Assembly: GCA_934131005.1 (NCBI GenBank)
Contig: CAKOYV010000001.1
Location: forward strand, 79,868 to 143,867
Source: an uncultured Bacilli bacterium
GTDB taxonomy: Bacteria > Bacillota_I > Bacilli_A > RF39 > UBA660
Direction: 5' to 3'
DNA length: 64,000 nucleotides
The notes below the pieces were generated by a model, which did not search any database, was not told where the DNA came from, and saw nothing but the letters and a program-made list of their open reading frames with translations. Shown piece after piece: positions 51,136-61,445 of the stretch (positions are counted from its first letter, which is position 1; the number at the start of each line of letters is the position of its first letter). A program made the translations under genes and the position numbers.

Positions 51136-52737
51136 TTATTTAAAACTTTTATATAAAGATGCAATGTGTTCAAATACTAAGACACCATCCATAGCTGCTG
51201 AAGTAATTCCTCCCGCATAACCAGCACCTTCTCCAGCTGGAAATATCCCTCTATAATTAGCCTCTCCATGTTCATCTCTAATAATTCTAACTGGCGAAGA
51301 AGTTCTACTCTCAACACCAGCAACAATTACATCATCATCACCAAAACCTTTTATCTTCCTAGAAAAAGCATTCATCCCTTCTACAAAAGCTAAATTAACA
51401 TACTCAGGAAAAATATCCCAAACCTTAGAAAAATTATATTCTCCCTTAAAAATAGGCTTTATTTTACCAAATTTATGAGAAAGTTTTCGCATACGATAAT
51501 CACCATATAAACAAACAGGAATACGACCATTGCCAACAAGGTAAGCCCTACGCTCCAAATCTTCTTGAAATTTAATACCTGCCATGGGATTAGTACCAAA
51601 ATCATCTGGCCCAACCGTTACAATAACAGCACTATTAGCATTACCACTATCACGTTTATAATTACTCATTCCATTAATAGCAAGCCTCCCTTCTTCACTA
51701 GAAGCATTAACAACATAACCACCGGGACACATACAAAAAGTATAAACTCCCCTATTATTAGAAGCCCTATGAACAAGCTTATAACTAGCCTCCTTCAAAA
51801 TATCATGCTTTAAAACTCCATATCTGCTCATATTAATCATAGATTGTGGATGTTGAACTCTAACTCCTACCGCAAAAGGCTTAGCCTCCATACAAACTCC
51901 TCTTTCATATAACATCGAAAAAGTATCTCTAGCACTATGACCAATTGCCAACACTAAAGCATCACATAAAATCTCTTCTCCATTATCAAGAATAATAGAT
52001 TCTAACTTATCATTATTAACTTTTATATCAACAAGCTTTGTATTAAATCTAATTTCTCCTCCTAACGAAATAATTTTCTTATCAATATTACTAACAATTT
52101 TCTTTAAATTATCCGTCCCAATATGTGGTTTAGCTTCATACAATATCTCTTCATTAGCTCCTGATGCAACAAAAGTTTCAAATACTAATCTTTGTCTATT
52201 GCCCTTATCTCGAACTAATGTATTAAGCTTACCATCAGAATAAGTACCAGCCCCTCCTTCACCAAATTGCACATTTGAATCTAAGTTAAGTTTATCATTC
52301 TTCCAAAAATTATTAACATCAACATCCCTCTTACTAACCTTACTCCCTCTTTCAATAACAAGTGGCTGATAACCATATAATGCCAACATATATGCACACA
52401 TAAGACCACAAGGACCACTTCCTACAACAACTATTTTGTTCTTAATAGCAACTTCTCCTGTAGGAGTAAATTTATATTCTAAATCAGGAGCCTTAACTAT
52501 ATCATTATTATTATAATTCTTCTTAAGAAGCAACTCCTCATCTAAAACATCAACATCTACTGTATAAATATAATAAATATTAGGCTTATGTCTAGCATCA
52601 ACAGAACGTTTAAAAATCCTTAACCCCAAAATATCCGAAGACTTAATTTTTAATTTATTACTTACTTCCTCTTTTAATAATAAATCACTATTTGCACTAA
52701 CTAAAATTTTAACTTGTCTTACTCTAATCATTAACAA
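51136..52737 (-). CDS. FAD-dependent dehydrogenase (COG2509-like)
   Basis: VVVGSGPCGLMCAYML Rossmann motif; C-terminal FAD-dependent domain. Confidence 0.65.
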   Translation of the reverse strand: MLMIRVRQVKILVSANSDLLLKEEVSNKLKIKSSDILGLRIFKRSVDARHKPNIYYIYTVDVDVLDEELLLKKNYNNNDIVKAPDLEYKFTPTGEVAIKNKIVVVGSGPCGLMCAYMLALYGYQPLVIERGSKVSKRDVDVNNFWKNDKLNLDSNVQFGEGGAGTYSDGKLNTLVRDKGNRQRLVFETFVASGANEEILYEAKPHIGTDNLKKIVSNIDKKIISLGGEIRFNTKLVDIKVNNDKLESIILDNGEEILCDALVLAIGHSARDTFSMLYERGVCMEAKPFAVGVRVQHPQSMINMSRYGVLKHDILKEASYKLVHRASNNRGVYTFCMCPGGYVVNASSEEGRLAINGMSNYKRDSGNANSAVIVTVGPDDFGTNPMAGIKFQEDLERRAYLVGNGRIPVCLYGDYRMRKLSHKFGKIKPIFKGEYNFSKVWDIFPEYVNLAFVEGMNAFSRKIKGFGDDDVIVAGVESRTSSPVRIIRDEHGEANYRGIFPAGEGAGYAGGITSAAMDGVLVFEHIASLYKSFK

Positions 52738-53962
52738 TCTCTCCCGTACAATTAATTCCAGCTATTAGACCAGTTGTCCAAGCAAAAGTCAAGTTATAAC
52801 CACCACAATCTCCATCTACATCAACAACTTCCCCAGCTATATAAATACCAGGAACCTTCAAAGATTCCATTGTTAATGGATTAATATCTTCTAAACTAAC
52901 TCCTCCTGAACAAACTTGAGCTTCATGAAAAGTATTAGTTCCATTAATCTCTATTTCAAAATTAACAATAGCATTAATAAGCTTTCTTTTTTCATCCATA
53001 TCAAGCTCATCATATTTTTTATCTTTACCAATCCCTACATACTTAATTAAAAAGTTAGATAGTTTATAATTCATAATATTATCTAGCAAATCGGTAACCT
53101 TTCTTCCTCTTAATTTCTTAGCATAACTATCCAAAAATTCTTCTAGCTCCGAAGCACAACTTACTAAATCAGCAACAAAATTTATTCTAACAAAAACACG
53201 ATTTCCATTATCTAAATATCTAGCAGCATCTCCACCAAGCTGCATCGCACATATACCACTTATTCCATATATTGTAAGTAAAATCTCCCCAACACAACTT
53301 CTAATAACTCTATCATCAACAACTAACGAAATATTAGCATTACTTCTAATTCCAAGCCATCTTTTACATAACTTACTATCATCAATCCTAAGTTGTACCA
53401 ACGCTGGTAACGGCTTAATAATTTTATGACCTAACTTCGCTATAATATCATAGCCATTATTAACTGCATTCTTATAATAAGCATAACTACCAGTAGCCAT
53501 TATAACTCTATCACAGCAATATCCACGCTTATCAGTATGAACAATAAACTTATCACCAGATGCTACTATATCACTTGCCCAAATATTATTAACAATCTTA
53601 ACTCCTAAAATCTCACACTCTAACAACAAAGCATTAACAATACTAACAGCCTGATTAGAAAAAGGATAATAATAACCATCCTTAACTCTAGGAACTACCC
53701 CAATAGAATCAAAGAAATCAAGTACCATCTTATTACTTTTATCATTAATAATATTTTTTATATATAAATCTTCCCCGTTTGTATGATAATGACTAATATT
53801 TTGATCATCATTATAATAATTACATCTTCCATTTCCCGTAACCAAAAGTTTCTTACCACAATTCTTCTCTTTTTCTAAAACAATAACATTTCCTCCATGT
53901 CTTGCTGCCGTTATCGCACTAACTAATCCAGCAGCACCTCCACCTATTACAACAATATCCAT
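52724..53962 (-). CDS. HI0933/BaiN-family flavoprotein
   Basis: IVVIGGGAAGL..LEKEKNCGKKLLVTGNGRCN signature. Confidence 0.75.
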   Translation of the reverse strand: MDIVVIGGGAAGLVSAITAARHGGNVIVLEKEKNCGKKLLVTGNGRCNYYNDDQNISHYHTNGEDLYIKNIINDKSNKMVLDFFDSIGVVPRVKDGYYYPFSNQAVSIVNALLLECEILGVKIVNNIWASDIVASGDKFIVHTDKRGYCCDRVIMATGSYAYYKNAVNNGYDIIAKLGHKIIKPLPALVQLRIDDSKLCKRWLGIRSNANISLVVDDRVIRSCVGEILLTIYGISGICAMQLGGDAARYLDNGNRVFVRINFVADLVSCASELEEFLDSYAKKLRGRKVTDLLDNIMNYKLSNFLIKYVGIGKDKKYDELDMDEKRKLINAIVNFEIEINGTNTFHEAQVCSGGVSLEDINPLTMESLKVPGIYIAGEVVDVDGDCGGYNLTFAWTTGLIAGINCTGEIVND

Positions 53963-54075
53963 ATACTTCCCTCCAAACTAATATATATATAGTATATCAT
54001 AAATAAGTCATTGATTATTTTTAAAATTAATTTTATAATAGAAGATATAAAAATATAAAAGAAAGGTGTTAGTTT

Positions 54076-54570
54076 ATGAAAGAAATAAATCCTGATAATT
54101 TTGATTTTAATCCTTTTAATTTAAAAGAAAATTGGGCTCTACTTACAAGTGGAGATGAAAATAAAATAAATACAATGACTATATCTTGGGGAACATTTGG
54201 TTTTCTTTGGAATAAAAATATTGTAACCATCTACGTAAGGCCTCAAAGATACACTAAAAAATTTATTGATAAAACCGGCTATTTTACTTTATCATTTTTT
54301 GATAATAAATATAAAAGTGAATTAACTCGTCTAGGTAGAGTTAGTGGGGCTAATATTGATAAGTTAAAAGACAGCCCTCTTTCTCCTTACATAGATGGAA
54401 ATATAGTATCTTTTAAAGAAGCTAATATTATAATAGTTGCTAAAACTTTATACGTATCAGAATTAAAAGAAAACGATTTTCTAGATTCTAATATCAAGAA
54501 TATTAATTACCCAAACCAAGATTACAGTTATCAATATATCGCTGAAATAGAGAAGATTTTAATCAAATAA
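54076..54570 (+). CDS. Flavin-reductase-like FMN-binding split-barrel protein
   Basis: LLTSGDENKINTMTISWGT pattern. Confidence 0.55.
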   Translation: MKEINPDNFDFNPFNLKENWALLTSGDENKINTMTISWGTFGFLWNKNIVTIYVRPQRYTKKFIDKTGYFTLSFFDNKYKSELTRLGRVSGANIDKLKDSPLSPYIDGNIVSFKEANIIIVAKTLYVSELKENDFLDSNIKNINYPNQDYSYQYIAEIEKILIK

Positions 54571-54590
54571 TCTTCTCTATTTTTTATATT

Positions 54591-54857
54591 CTAATTACTA
54601 GCTATAACATAAGGATTAGCCTTCGTCCCATTACCTTCACTAATTAATGTATCTTTTTTCAAATTAATAACAGGCCTTACGCCAAGCCAATAACAATCTG
54701 TCCACCCATCATTATGCAACACTCCATCGGAAGCCACATTCCACATTACACTAGAAACCCTATAATTAGAAAAATAAGAAGGTGACATTGTCCAAAAAGT
54801 CTGACCCGTTATTAACCAATTAAGAGGATTGGCGGTCTTATCAGAAATTCCTGCCAA
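54591..54857 (-). CDS. Short ORF with TTG start; possibly the 3' remnant of a gene truncated at the adjacent Rpn fragment
   Basis: No ATG; the Rpn-fragment repeat lies immediately 5' of it on this strand. Confidence 0.2.
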   Translation of the reverse strand: MAGISDKTANPLNWLITGQTFWTMSPSYFSNYRVSSVMWNVASDGVLHNDGWTDCYWLGVRPVINLKKDTLISEGNGTKANPYVIASN

Positions 54858-54877
54858 AAATGCCTCATCTACAGTTA

Positions 54878-54982
54878 TTAAAGCAAAAAGTATCTTATAA
54901 AATTATTGCTACATCTGCTTCTATTTCTGCCCTAGACGTAAAAAAGATAGAAAACTCCATGCAAAGTGGAGACTAACTCTAT
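54878..54982 (+). repeat. Third, about 105-bp 3'-terminal fragment of the Rpn-like transposase gene
   Basis: Near-identical to 43820-43918; ends TAACTCTATCTTTT. Confidence 0.55.
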
Positions 54983-55021
54983 CTTTTTTATTTATAACAA
55001 ATTTAAGTTTCATAATATTCA

Positions 55022-56473
55022 TTACTTAATCAAATCTGATTTATCTTCATATTTAGTATGTAACAATTCATGAGCTACATTACTAAGAGGACTCTCTAAA
55101 AACTCAGCATATAACTTTTTAATCTCTGGATTTTCATAACTGCACCTAATTTTTTGTGCTTTATCCCTATTATAAAGTGCCTTCATTCTCTTTTCTTTTA
55201 TTTCTTTCTCATGATAAATTTCTATCTTAGGTTGACCTCCACCACCTATACAGCCACCCTGACAATTCATAACCTCAACAAAATGATATTTTCTCTTACC
55301 ATCTCTAATCTCATCTAATATCCTACGAGCTTTTCCTATTCCATGAATAACACAAACATCAATTTTCTCATTTCCAATATTAATAGAAGCCTCTTTAACA
55401 TTATCATAACCTCTAACACTATTAAAATCCAATTTATCTATATCTAAATTTTTACCTGTAATCAAATAATAAGCCGTTCTAAGAGCTGCTTCCATTACAC
55501 CACCAGTACTACCAAAAATAACACCAGCACCACTGCCCTCTCCAAACATAGAATCAAAATCACTATCTGGAATATCTTCATACTTAATTTTTTTCTCTTT
55601 AATAACATCTATTAACTCATTAAGAGTAATAACCAAATTAGTTCCTCTAATCTCATCTCTTTTGATTTCGTACTTCTTTGCTGTACAAGGAGTAATTGCT
55701 ACAGTATACATATTATCTTCATCTATATTCTTAAACTTAGTAAAATACTTACTAATAACACTCCCCATCATGGCAATTGGACTCTTACAAGTAGAAATAT
55801 TAGATAAAAGACTTGGATAAAACTGCTCTGCATACTTAACCCAAGCAGGGCAACAACTAGTAAACATTGGCAAATTAGAATTATTATTAATTCTCATAAC
55901 TAACTCGCTAGCTTCTTCCATAATAGTCAAATCAGCTCCAAAAGTAGTATCAAAAACATAATCAAATCCTAACATTCTAAGCAAACCAACAACTTTTTTC
56001 TGTTCAAAAGAACCATATTCAAGCCCAAATATTTCCCCTAAAGAAACTCTAACTGCAGGAGATATATAAGCAATACACACTTTTTTATTTAAATGTGCTT
56101 CCTCAAATAAAGAAAATTCATATCTAGCACTAAGCGCCTTCGTCGGACAAGTTTGAATACATTGACCACAGCTAACACAAAGTTCACTATTACTATCAAA
56201 CTGCATTCCCTCACGAATAACACAAGTCTGTGTACAAATTCCACAATTAACACATAAATCATTATTTCGAACAACCCCCTTATTATCAAGAGATATTTTA
56301 ACCGCATTAGAAGGTGTCATATCACTAGATGAATTATCACTAACAGAAGAAAATAAATTTATTGTAGCACCACACATAGGACAAGTCCACTCACTAGATA
56401 ATTTATCAAATTTAATATCTTCCCTATCTTCATCATAAACATAACCACAAATCATACATTTATATTTACTCAT
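55022..56473 (-). CDS. [FeFe]-hydrogenase with N-terminal rubredoxin domain and two [4Fe-4S] ferredoxin motifs
   Basis: Rubredoxin CMICGY...CPMCG; CVNCGICTQTC and CVSCGQCIQTCP; H-cluster motifs TSCCPAW, TPCTAKKYE, VEVMNCQGGCIGGGGQP. Confidence 0.8.
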   Translation of the reverse strand: MSKYKCMICGYVYDEDREDIKFDKLSSEWTCPMCGATINLFSSVSDNSSSDMTPSNAVKISLDNKGVVRNNDLCVNCGICTQTCVIREGMQFDSNSELCVSCGQCIQTCPTKALSARYEFSLFEEAHLNKKVCIAYISPAVRVSLGEIFGLEYGSFEQKKVVGLLRMLGFDYVFDTTFGADLTIMEEASELVMRINNNSNLPMFTSCCPAWVKYAEQFYPSLLSNISTCKSPIAMMGSVISKYFTKFKNIDEDNMYTVAITPCTAKKYEIKRDEIRGTNLVITLNELIDVIKEKKIKYEDIPDSDFDSMFGEGSGAGVIFGSTGGVMEAALRTAYYLITGKNLDIDKLDFNSVRGYDNVKEASINIGNEKIDVCVIHGIGKARRILDEIRDGKRKYHFVEVMNCQGGCIGGGGQPKIEIYHEKEIKEKRMKALYNRDKAQKIRCSYENPEIKKLYAEFLESPLSNVAHELLHTKYEDKSDLIK

Positions 56474-56534
56474 ATCACTAATTCCTTACTATTTAACAAA
56501 AGAGTTCCTAAGAAAAGAACTCTTTATTATAATC

Positions 56535-57077
56535 TTAATAATTTTCACTCTTAATCTCAAAGAAACTTTGAGGATGAGAACATATAGGACAAACCTTAGG
56601 AGCTTCCTTACCAATAACCACATGGCCACAATTACGACAAATCCAAATCTTTTCTCCATCCTTAGAAAATACTAAACCATTCTCAACATTATCAAGTAAT
56701 TTTCTATATCTTTCTTCATGCTCTTTTTCTATTTTAGCAACTCCCTCAAAAAGAAATGCTAATCTATCAAATCCTTCTTCACGAGCTGTCTTAGCAAACT
56801 CTGCATACATATCAGTCCATTCATAATTTTCTCCCTCAGCAGCTGCTAGTAAATTACCCATAGTAGAAGGAATTTCTCCACCATTTAATTCTTTAAACCA
56901 TAACTTAGCATGTTCTTTTTCATTATTAGCAGTCTCTTCAAAAATAGCTGCTATTTGCTCATAGCCATCCTTTTTAGCTTTTGAAGCAAAATAAGTATAC
57001 TTATTTCTAGCTTGACTCTCACCAGCAAAGGCAGTCATTAAATTTTGATACGTTTTACTATCTTTAAGTTCCATCAA
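56535..57077 (-). CDS. rbr: Rubrerythrin
   Basis: Di-iron ferritin-like EKEH motifs plus C-terminal rubredoxin CxxC...CxxC. Confidence 0.85.
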   Translation of the reverse strand: MMELKDSKTYQNLMTAFAGESQARNKYTYFASKAKKDGYEQIAAIFEETANNEKEHAKLWFKELNGGEIPSTMGNLLAAAEGENYEWTDMYAEFAKTAREEGFDRLAFLFEGVAKIEKEHEERYRKLLDNVENGLVFSKDGEKIWICRNCGHVVIGKEAPKVCPICSHPQSFFEIKSENY

Positions 57078-57142
57078 TATTACCTCTTTTCTTAATTAAA
57101 ATACTCCTTAATTATAACAAATAAGATTTAAAAAAGCAACCA

Positions 57143-57706
57143 TCATTGCTTTTTATCTTCAGCTTTTTCATCTGTTTTTATATAATCATCTCGAACACTA
57201 TTATCTATCTCATTAGAAACTTCATCATCATAACTAACATCATCTATTACATCCCATGGATCTTCATCTTCTTCAACAGCAACTTTAACCTTTGTATCTC
57301 CAACTATTTCTACTCCTAATTCTTTTTCAATTTCAATCGAAATACTCTTACCATCTTCATGTGCTTTAATACAATTAGGTTGTTTCAAACTTCTAACTAT
57401 TATATCTTTACTAGAAGTTGAACTAGATTCCCTCTGCCTTACCATCACAGCTTCTGAATATTTAATTTTCTTTGTAATAACAGTAGTCTTAGTATCATTA
57501 TTATAAGAATACCAAATATTAACATCAAAACTACCATCTATTATAATCTTTCCTCCAACATCACTTCCTTTAAATTTATGATTAATAACCCAACATCCTA
57601 AAACAGTACTAGGCTCCTGCTCTGTATCCAAAACATATGTATTTTTATAATATTTTTTACCTTTACCAATTATCGCTTTCGTAACTATTTCTTTATACGC
57701 AGCCAA
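57143..57706 (-). CDS. cotE: Spore coat morphogenetic protein CotE
   Basis: AAYKEIVTKAIIGKGKK...PSTVLGCWVINHKF...VNIWYSYNNDTKT aligns residue-for-residue with the B. subtilis CotE N-terminus, and the tail is acidic. Likely TTG start at 57706 after AGAGGGGTGA. A sigma-K-like -10 (CATAAATTA) lies upstream. Confidence 0.75.
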   Translation of the reverse strand: MAAYKEIVTKAIIGKGKKYYKNTYVLDTEQEPSTVLGCWVINHKFKGSDVGGKIIIDGSFDVNIWYSYNNDTKTTVITKKIKYSEAVMVRQRESSSTSSKDIIVRSLKQPNCIKAHEDGKSISIEIEKELGVEIVGDTKVKVAVEEDEDPWDVIDDVSYDDEVSNEIDNSVRDDYIKTDEKAEDKKQ

Positions 57707-57896
57707 GATAATCACCCCTCTAATTTAATTTATGATGATCATCCCAAAAAAGTACTATAAAAATTATATATATACACTTTAACAAAAAAATATAGATATA
57801 AAAGCATAAACCAAAATTTTAAATTATGCTAATATATCTATTACTCTTAATTTATATACTATCAAGCTATTAATTATAAAATCTATACTAAAGCCC

Positions 57897-58715
57897 TCAA
57901 TAATCCCTTTTCTTAATTAATTTCAAAACATCATATCTCATATAACTATATTCATCAACCCCCACATCATAATCATCCAAATTATTCCATAACAAATCAT
58001 TATCTATGATATCATCAACAGATACTCCAAAAGTTTTATATACTCTTTCAACGGGATATGAAAATTTAATAACCCCTTTATTTAATAGACTTGTAAGTTT
58101 TTGTTTAAATTTAACATATTCAACTATCAACCTCATCTTAACTATATCTACATCACTATAACCATAACCATTATTAATACAATCCGTCAAAATTAAATTT
58201 ATTTTTTCCATAAACTCAATACTAAGCTTTTTATTTTTAATAATATATGCCAAAAGTTGTAATCTTTTTTCAACCATATCATATCTTTTATAAAAAATAT
58301 TTCCATCATCTTCTATTCCACTAAATCCATACATCCATTCATCTATCATACTGTAAGTACAATTATCATCATTTGACCTAATTTCAACTAAAACATCATA
58401 GTGATAAAGTAAATACTCCATTAAATCTAATGCTAAATTTTGTGGATTAGTAGAAAGTACTCCAAATAAATTTTTTTGATAGCAAATTCTTCTATTATCA
58501 TGCATTTTATAAAAATTAAACATTTGATTTAAATCTAATTTATTTTTTAACTTACAATCTACAACACCAACATCCGTCAAAATTAAAAGTTTTAAACATT
58601 TAAGTGCCTCGGGACGACTATCACCCGCAAGCATCACAGCAACTTTCTCATATCCTACATCGTTATAAAAAACTCCATTCAAAAGTTGCAAACTTCTTTT
58701 TGTATAATCATTCAA
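57897..58715 (-). CDS. Hypothetical protein, paralog of 59476-60258
   Basis: Shared blocks LKxLKLLxLxD...NPQNxALExxxYxxxxYDV...NIFYKRYDM. Confidence 0.35.
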   Translation of the reverse strand: MNDYTKRSLQLLNGVFYNDVGYEKVAVMLAGDSRPEALKCLKLLILTDVGVVDCKLKNKLDLNQMFNFYKMHDNRRICYQKNLFGVLSTNPQNLALDLMEYLLYHYDVLVEIRSNDDNCTYSMIDEWMYGFSGIEDDGNIFYKRYDMVEKRLQLLAYIIKNKKLSIEFMEKINLILTDCINNGYGYSDVDIVKMRLIVEYVKFKQKLTSLLNKGVIKFSYPVERVYKTFGVSVDDIIDNDLLWNNLDDYDVGVDEYSYMRYDVLKLIKKRDY

Positions 58716-58754
58716 TCAAATCACCCTTATTCAAAAAAACTAGTAACAAATATA

Positions 58755-59231
58755 CTAGCGTCTTCTTGCTCCACTTTTCCATTCACCAATAAATTGTGAA
58801 GCATAAATATCCTCAACATCAACAAAATCTGTTACTTTTTTATCACAAAGTTCTTCTTCCAACATTACAATTCCTTTATCAACAGTATCAACAAGCATAT
58901 CCTTAAATACTTCTCCTCCCCAAGAAAGAGTTACCTTAATTTTATCTTCATTAAATTTAGAAAAATTAATAACAAAACCATTTCCTAAAAAAGAATCTAA
59001 ATTTATATCTTGCATCAATTCTTTATGATTTTTATTGTTTGAAAGAAATGCTAATGAATTTAATAATCCTCTACCATTAGCAAACTCTAAAATTTCTTCT
59101 TTCTTTGTTTTTTTATTATATTTAGTAACAAATGTATCAACCTCTGTTCTTTTATCAAATTTACACAAAGATTTAACATTACATCCCATTTTTATAATTT
59201 TATCTAAACTACTAAATCTCTCTTGTTCCAT
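58755..59231 (-). CDS. Hypothetical protein
   Basis: Start placed at the ATG at 59231 after AAGGGGGAGA SD. Confidence 0.3.
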   Translation of the reverse strand: MEQERFSSLDKIIKMGCNVKSLCKFDKRTEVDTFVTKYNKKTKKEEILEFANGRGLLNSLAFLSNNKNHKELMQDINLDSFLGNGFVINFSKFNEDKIKVTLSWGGEVFKDMLVDTVDKGIVMLEEELCDKKVTDFVDVEDIYASQFIGEWKSGARRR

Positions 59232-59475
59232 ATTTATCTCCCCCTTAGAACGAGTAATATAATACACTAACCATTAACAAAAGTCAAGCATAATTACCAA
59301 AATAGTCTTCAATCAAAGCAATAAATACATACGTTAATTTCTTTTAATTAACCTCTTTCTTTTGCCATTATCAACAAGCAAATTATCCCATAATGCTCTA
59401 ATAGCACGTACATTAATTTTCTCACCTGAATTGCAAATCTCACTAGGATCAACAAAATAGCCATCTAATAATTCA

Positions 59476-60258
59476 CTAAATTTTCCTCTCTTTTATTAAC
59501 CTAGGAATTTCATATTCAATATAACTTACCTGATCATAAGACAATCTATAATCTTCTAATAATTCTTTTTTTGCTCTCCTTTTAATAGTAATTTCATCAT
59601 CTTGCGAAGAATAAAGACTACCTCCAGATAATCCTTTAAATGACTTATCATTCATAATACCTTCTAATTTACAAATATATTTTTGAATATCAATAAAATA
59701 TTTTATTTTCCATAATTGTTCTTTTGAAAAAGCATGAGAATTTTCTAATAAATATTTATATTGATTTCTAACTCTATTTACTTGATTCTTACTCAAAAGT
59801 CTATTACTTACTAAATAATCAATAATCTCTAATTTATAATCAATCATATCATATCTCTTATAAAATATATTTTCACAATCATCATCAATATTTATAAAAG
59901 AATTAAGCCATAAATCTATAATAGATTCTCCTGTTAAATATGTAAAATTATATTTAACATCATAATTTTTAACAATATAATCAAATATTTCCAAAGCATA
60001 GTTTTGAGGATTAATAGCCAAACAACTAACAATATTTTCTTTTTGTTGAACACCTCTATAAATATAACTACACAAAAAATTTACATCTACTTCCTTAAGC
60101 AATTTGCCACTTTTATCTAAAAGCAACAATAATTTTAAAGTTTTCAATGCATCTATATCCCTCTCTTCTGCTAAATAAACACCTAGTTTATTATAATTTT
60201 TCAAATCCTTAGTTACATTATTAAAAATCGTTATTGCATTTTTAACTCCTTCAGTCAT
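59476..60258 (-). CDS. Hypothetical protein, paralog of 57897-58715
   Basis: Start placed at the ATG at 60258 (MTEGVKN) after AGGAGGAG SD; the longer ORF-track start lacks an SD. Confidence 0.35.
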   Translation of the reverse strand: MTEGVKNAITIFNNVTKDLKNYNKLGVYLAEERDIDALKTLKLLLLLDKSGKLLKEVDVNFLCSYIYRGVQQKENIVSCLAINPQNYALEIFDYIVKNYDVKYNFTYLTGESIIDLWLNSFINIDDDCENIFYKRYDMIDYKLEIIDYLVSNRLLSKNQVNRVRNQYKYLLENSHAFSKEQLWKIKYFIDIQKYICKLEGIMNDKSFKGLSGGSLYSSQDDEITIKRRAKKELLEDYRLSYDQVSYIEYEIPRLIKERKI

Positions 60259-60499
60259 ATCTCTCCTCCTATAATCTCTAACTAGATTTTTTAAATTCAA
60301 TGGTTCATTTTTATTTTTCACAAAAACATACTTAAATTTTTTTATAAAAAAACGAACTATACAAGTCCGATTGTAATCAATTTGGTGCGAATGACGAAGT
60401 AGTTTACAACTCTTTCGCATAAAAACGATTGATTTATATCAATCATTATATTCATTTTACCATAAATAAGAAAAATTAAAAGTACTTTATTAAATTTTG

Positions 60500-60531
60500 T
60501 TAAAAAAAGAAAATACTTCAAACGAAGTATT
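60500..60531 (-). terminator. Rho-independent terminator of the 60534-61430 gene
   Basis: AATACTTC-GTTT-GAAGTATT followed by TTCTTTTTTT on the minus strand. Confidence 0.5.
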
Positions 60532-60533
60532 AA

Positions 60534-61430
60534 CTATTTTGTTCTCAACGATTGATTATTATTTGTTGGTTGATTCTCTTTTTGAGTTTGCAATTCAATT
60601 TTCTTTAAAAGAATGTCAGCAATTAATTGATTTCCTGTTGTATTAGGATGAAAATCCATAGGAGCACAATAATCTTTTAAAAATGTGATATCGCAATGTT
60701 CAACATAATCATATTTTTTACTTGCTTCTAATAACATTTCATTATATAAATTTATTACTTCCATAAATTTATTTATATATTTCTTATTTCTATTTTTCAC
60801 TTTTTCTTGAAGATAAATTAATTTTTGAATTTTGTCATATAGTGGAGAATAATAATAACTTAACGAATATATTTTAACATTTGGATTTAATTGATGAAGC
60901 AACTGCCAATTCTTTTCAATATTACTAATACATTGCTCTAATATAGGTCTAATATCTTTTGGTAATTTTGCTCTAACATTTTTATCAGTCAATTCAACAG
61001 GACCAGCTTTTATATATGTAAAAAAGTCATTAGGCCCCGCACTATATATGAATATTGGATTTTCAGCATTCACATATAATGATTTCAATGTATTATCATT
61101 ATCTGTTGAGTTAATTTTAAAACTTTCTTTATACTTTTTGGGAACTACTAATTTGAATAATATATTTGTATTTCTTAAATCATCTATTGATTTTACTTGT
61201 AGCCTTTTTATATATGCAAGGCTTTTATCTTCATTTAGATTACTTTCTAAATCCCATGTGTGATTTTTATTTAATCTTGAAAAATTAAATCCAGATACAT
61301 TGTATCCTTTACTTTTCATAGTTCCTACAATAATATCATAATAACCTATATGATTCTTATTTTCTTTTGTAAAAGGCATTCCTAATGAAGAAACACCACA
61401 AAATATTTCTACATTTGTCAATACAATCAC
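60534..61430 (-). CDS. SGNH/GDSL-type hydrolase-like protein
   Basis: C-terminal block MDFHPNTTGNQLIA resembles GDSL block V (DxxHP); short intergenic gap to the next gene. Confidence 0.45.
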   Translation of the reverse strand: MIVLTNVEIFCGVSSLGMPFTKENKNHIGYYDIIVGTMKSKGYNVSGFNFSRLNKNHTWDLESNLNEDKSLAYIKRLQVKSIDDLRNTNILFKLVVPKKYKESFKINSTDNDNTLKSLYVNAENPIFIYSAGPNDFFTYIKAGPVELTDKNVRAKLPKDIRPILEQCISNIEKNWQLLHQLNPNVKIYSLSYYYSPLYDKIQKLIYLQEKVKNRNKKYINKFMEVINLYNEMLLEASKKYDYVEHCDITFLKDYCAPMDFHPNTTGNQLIADILLKKIELQTQKENQPTNNNQSLRTK

Positions 61431-61445
61431 AATCCTTATTAATAA

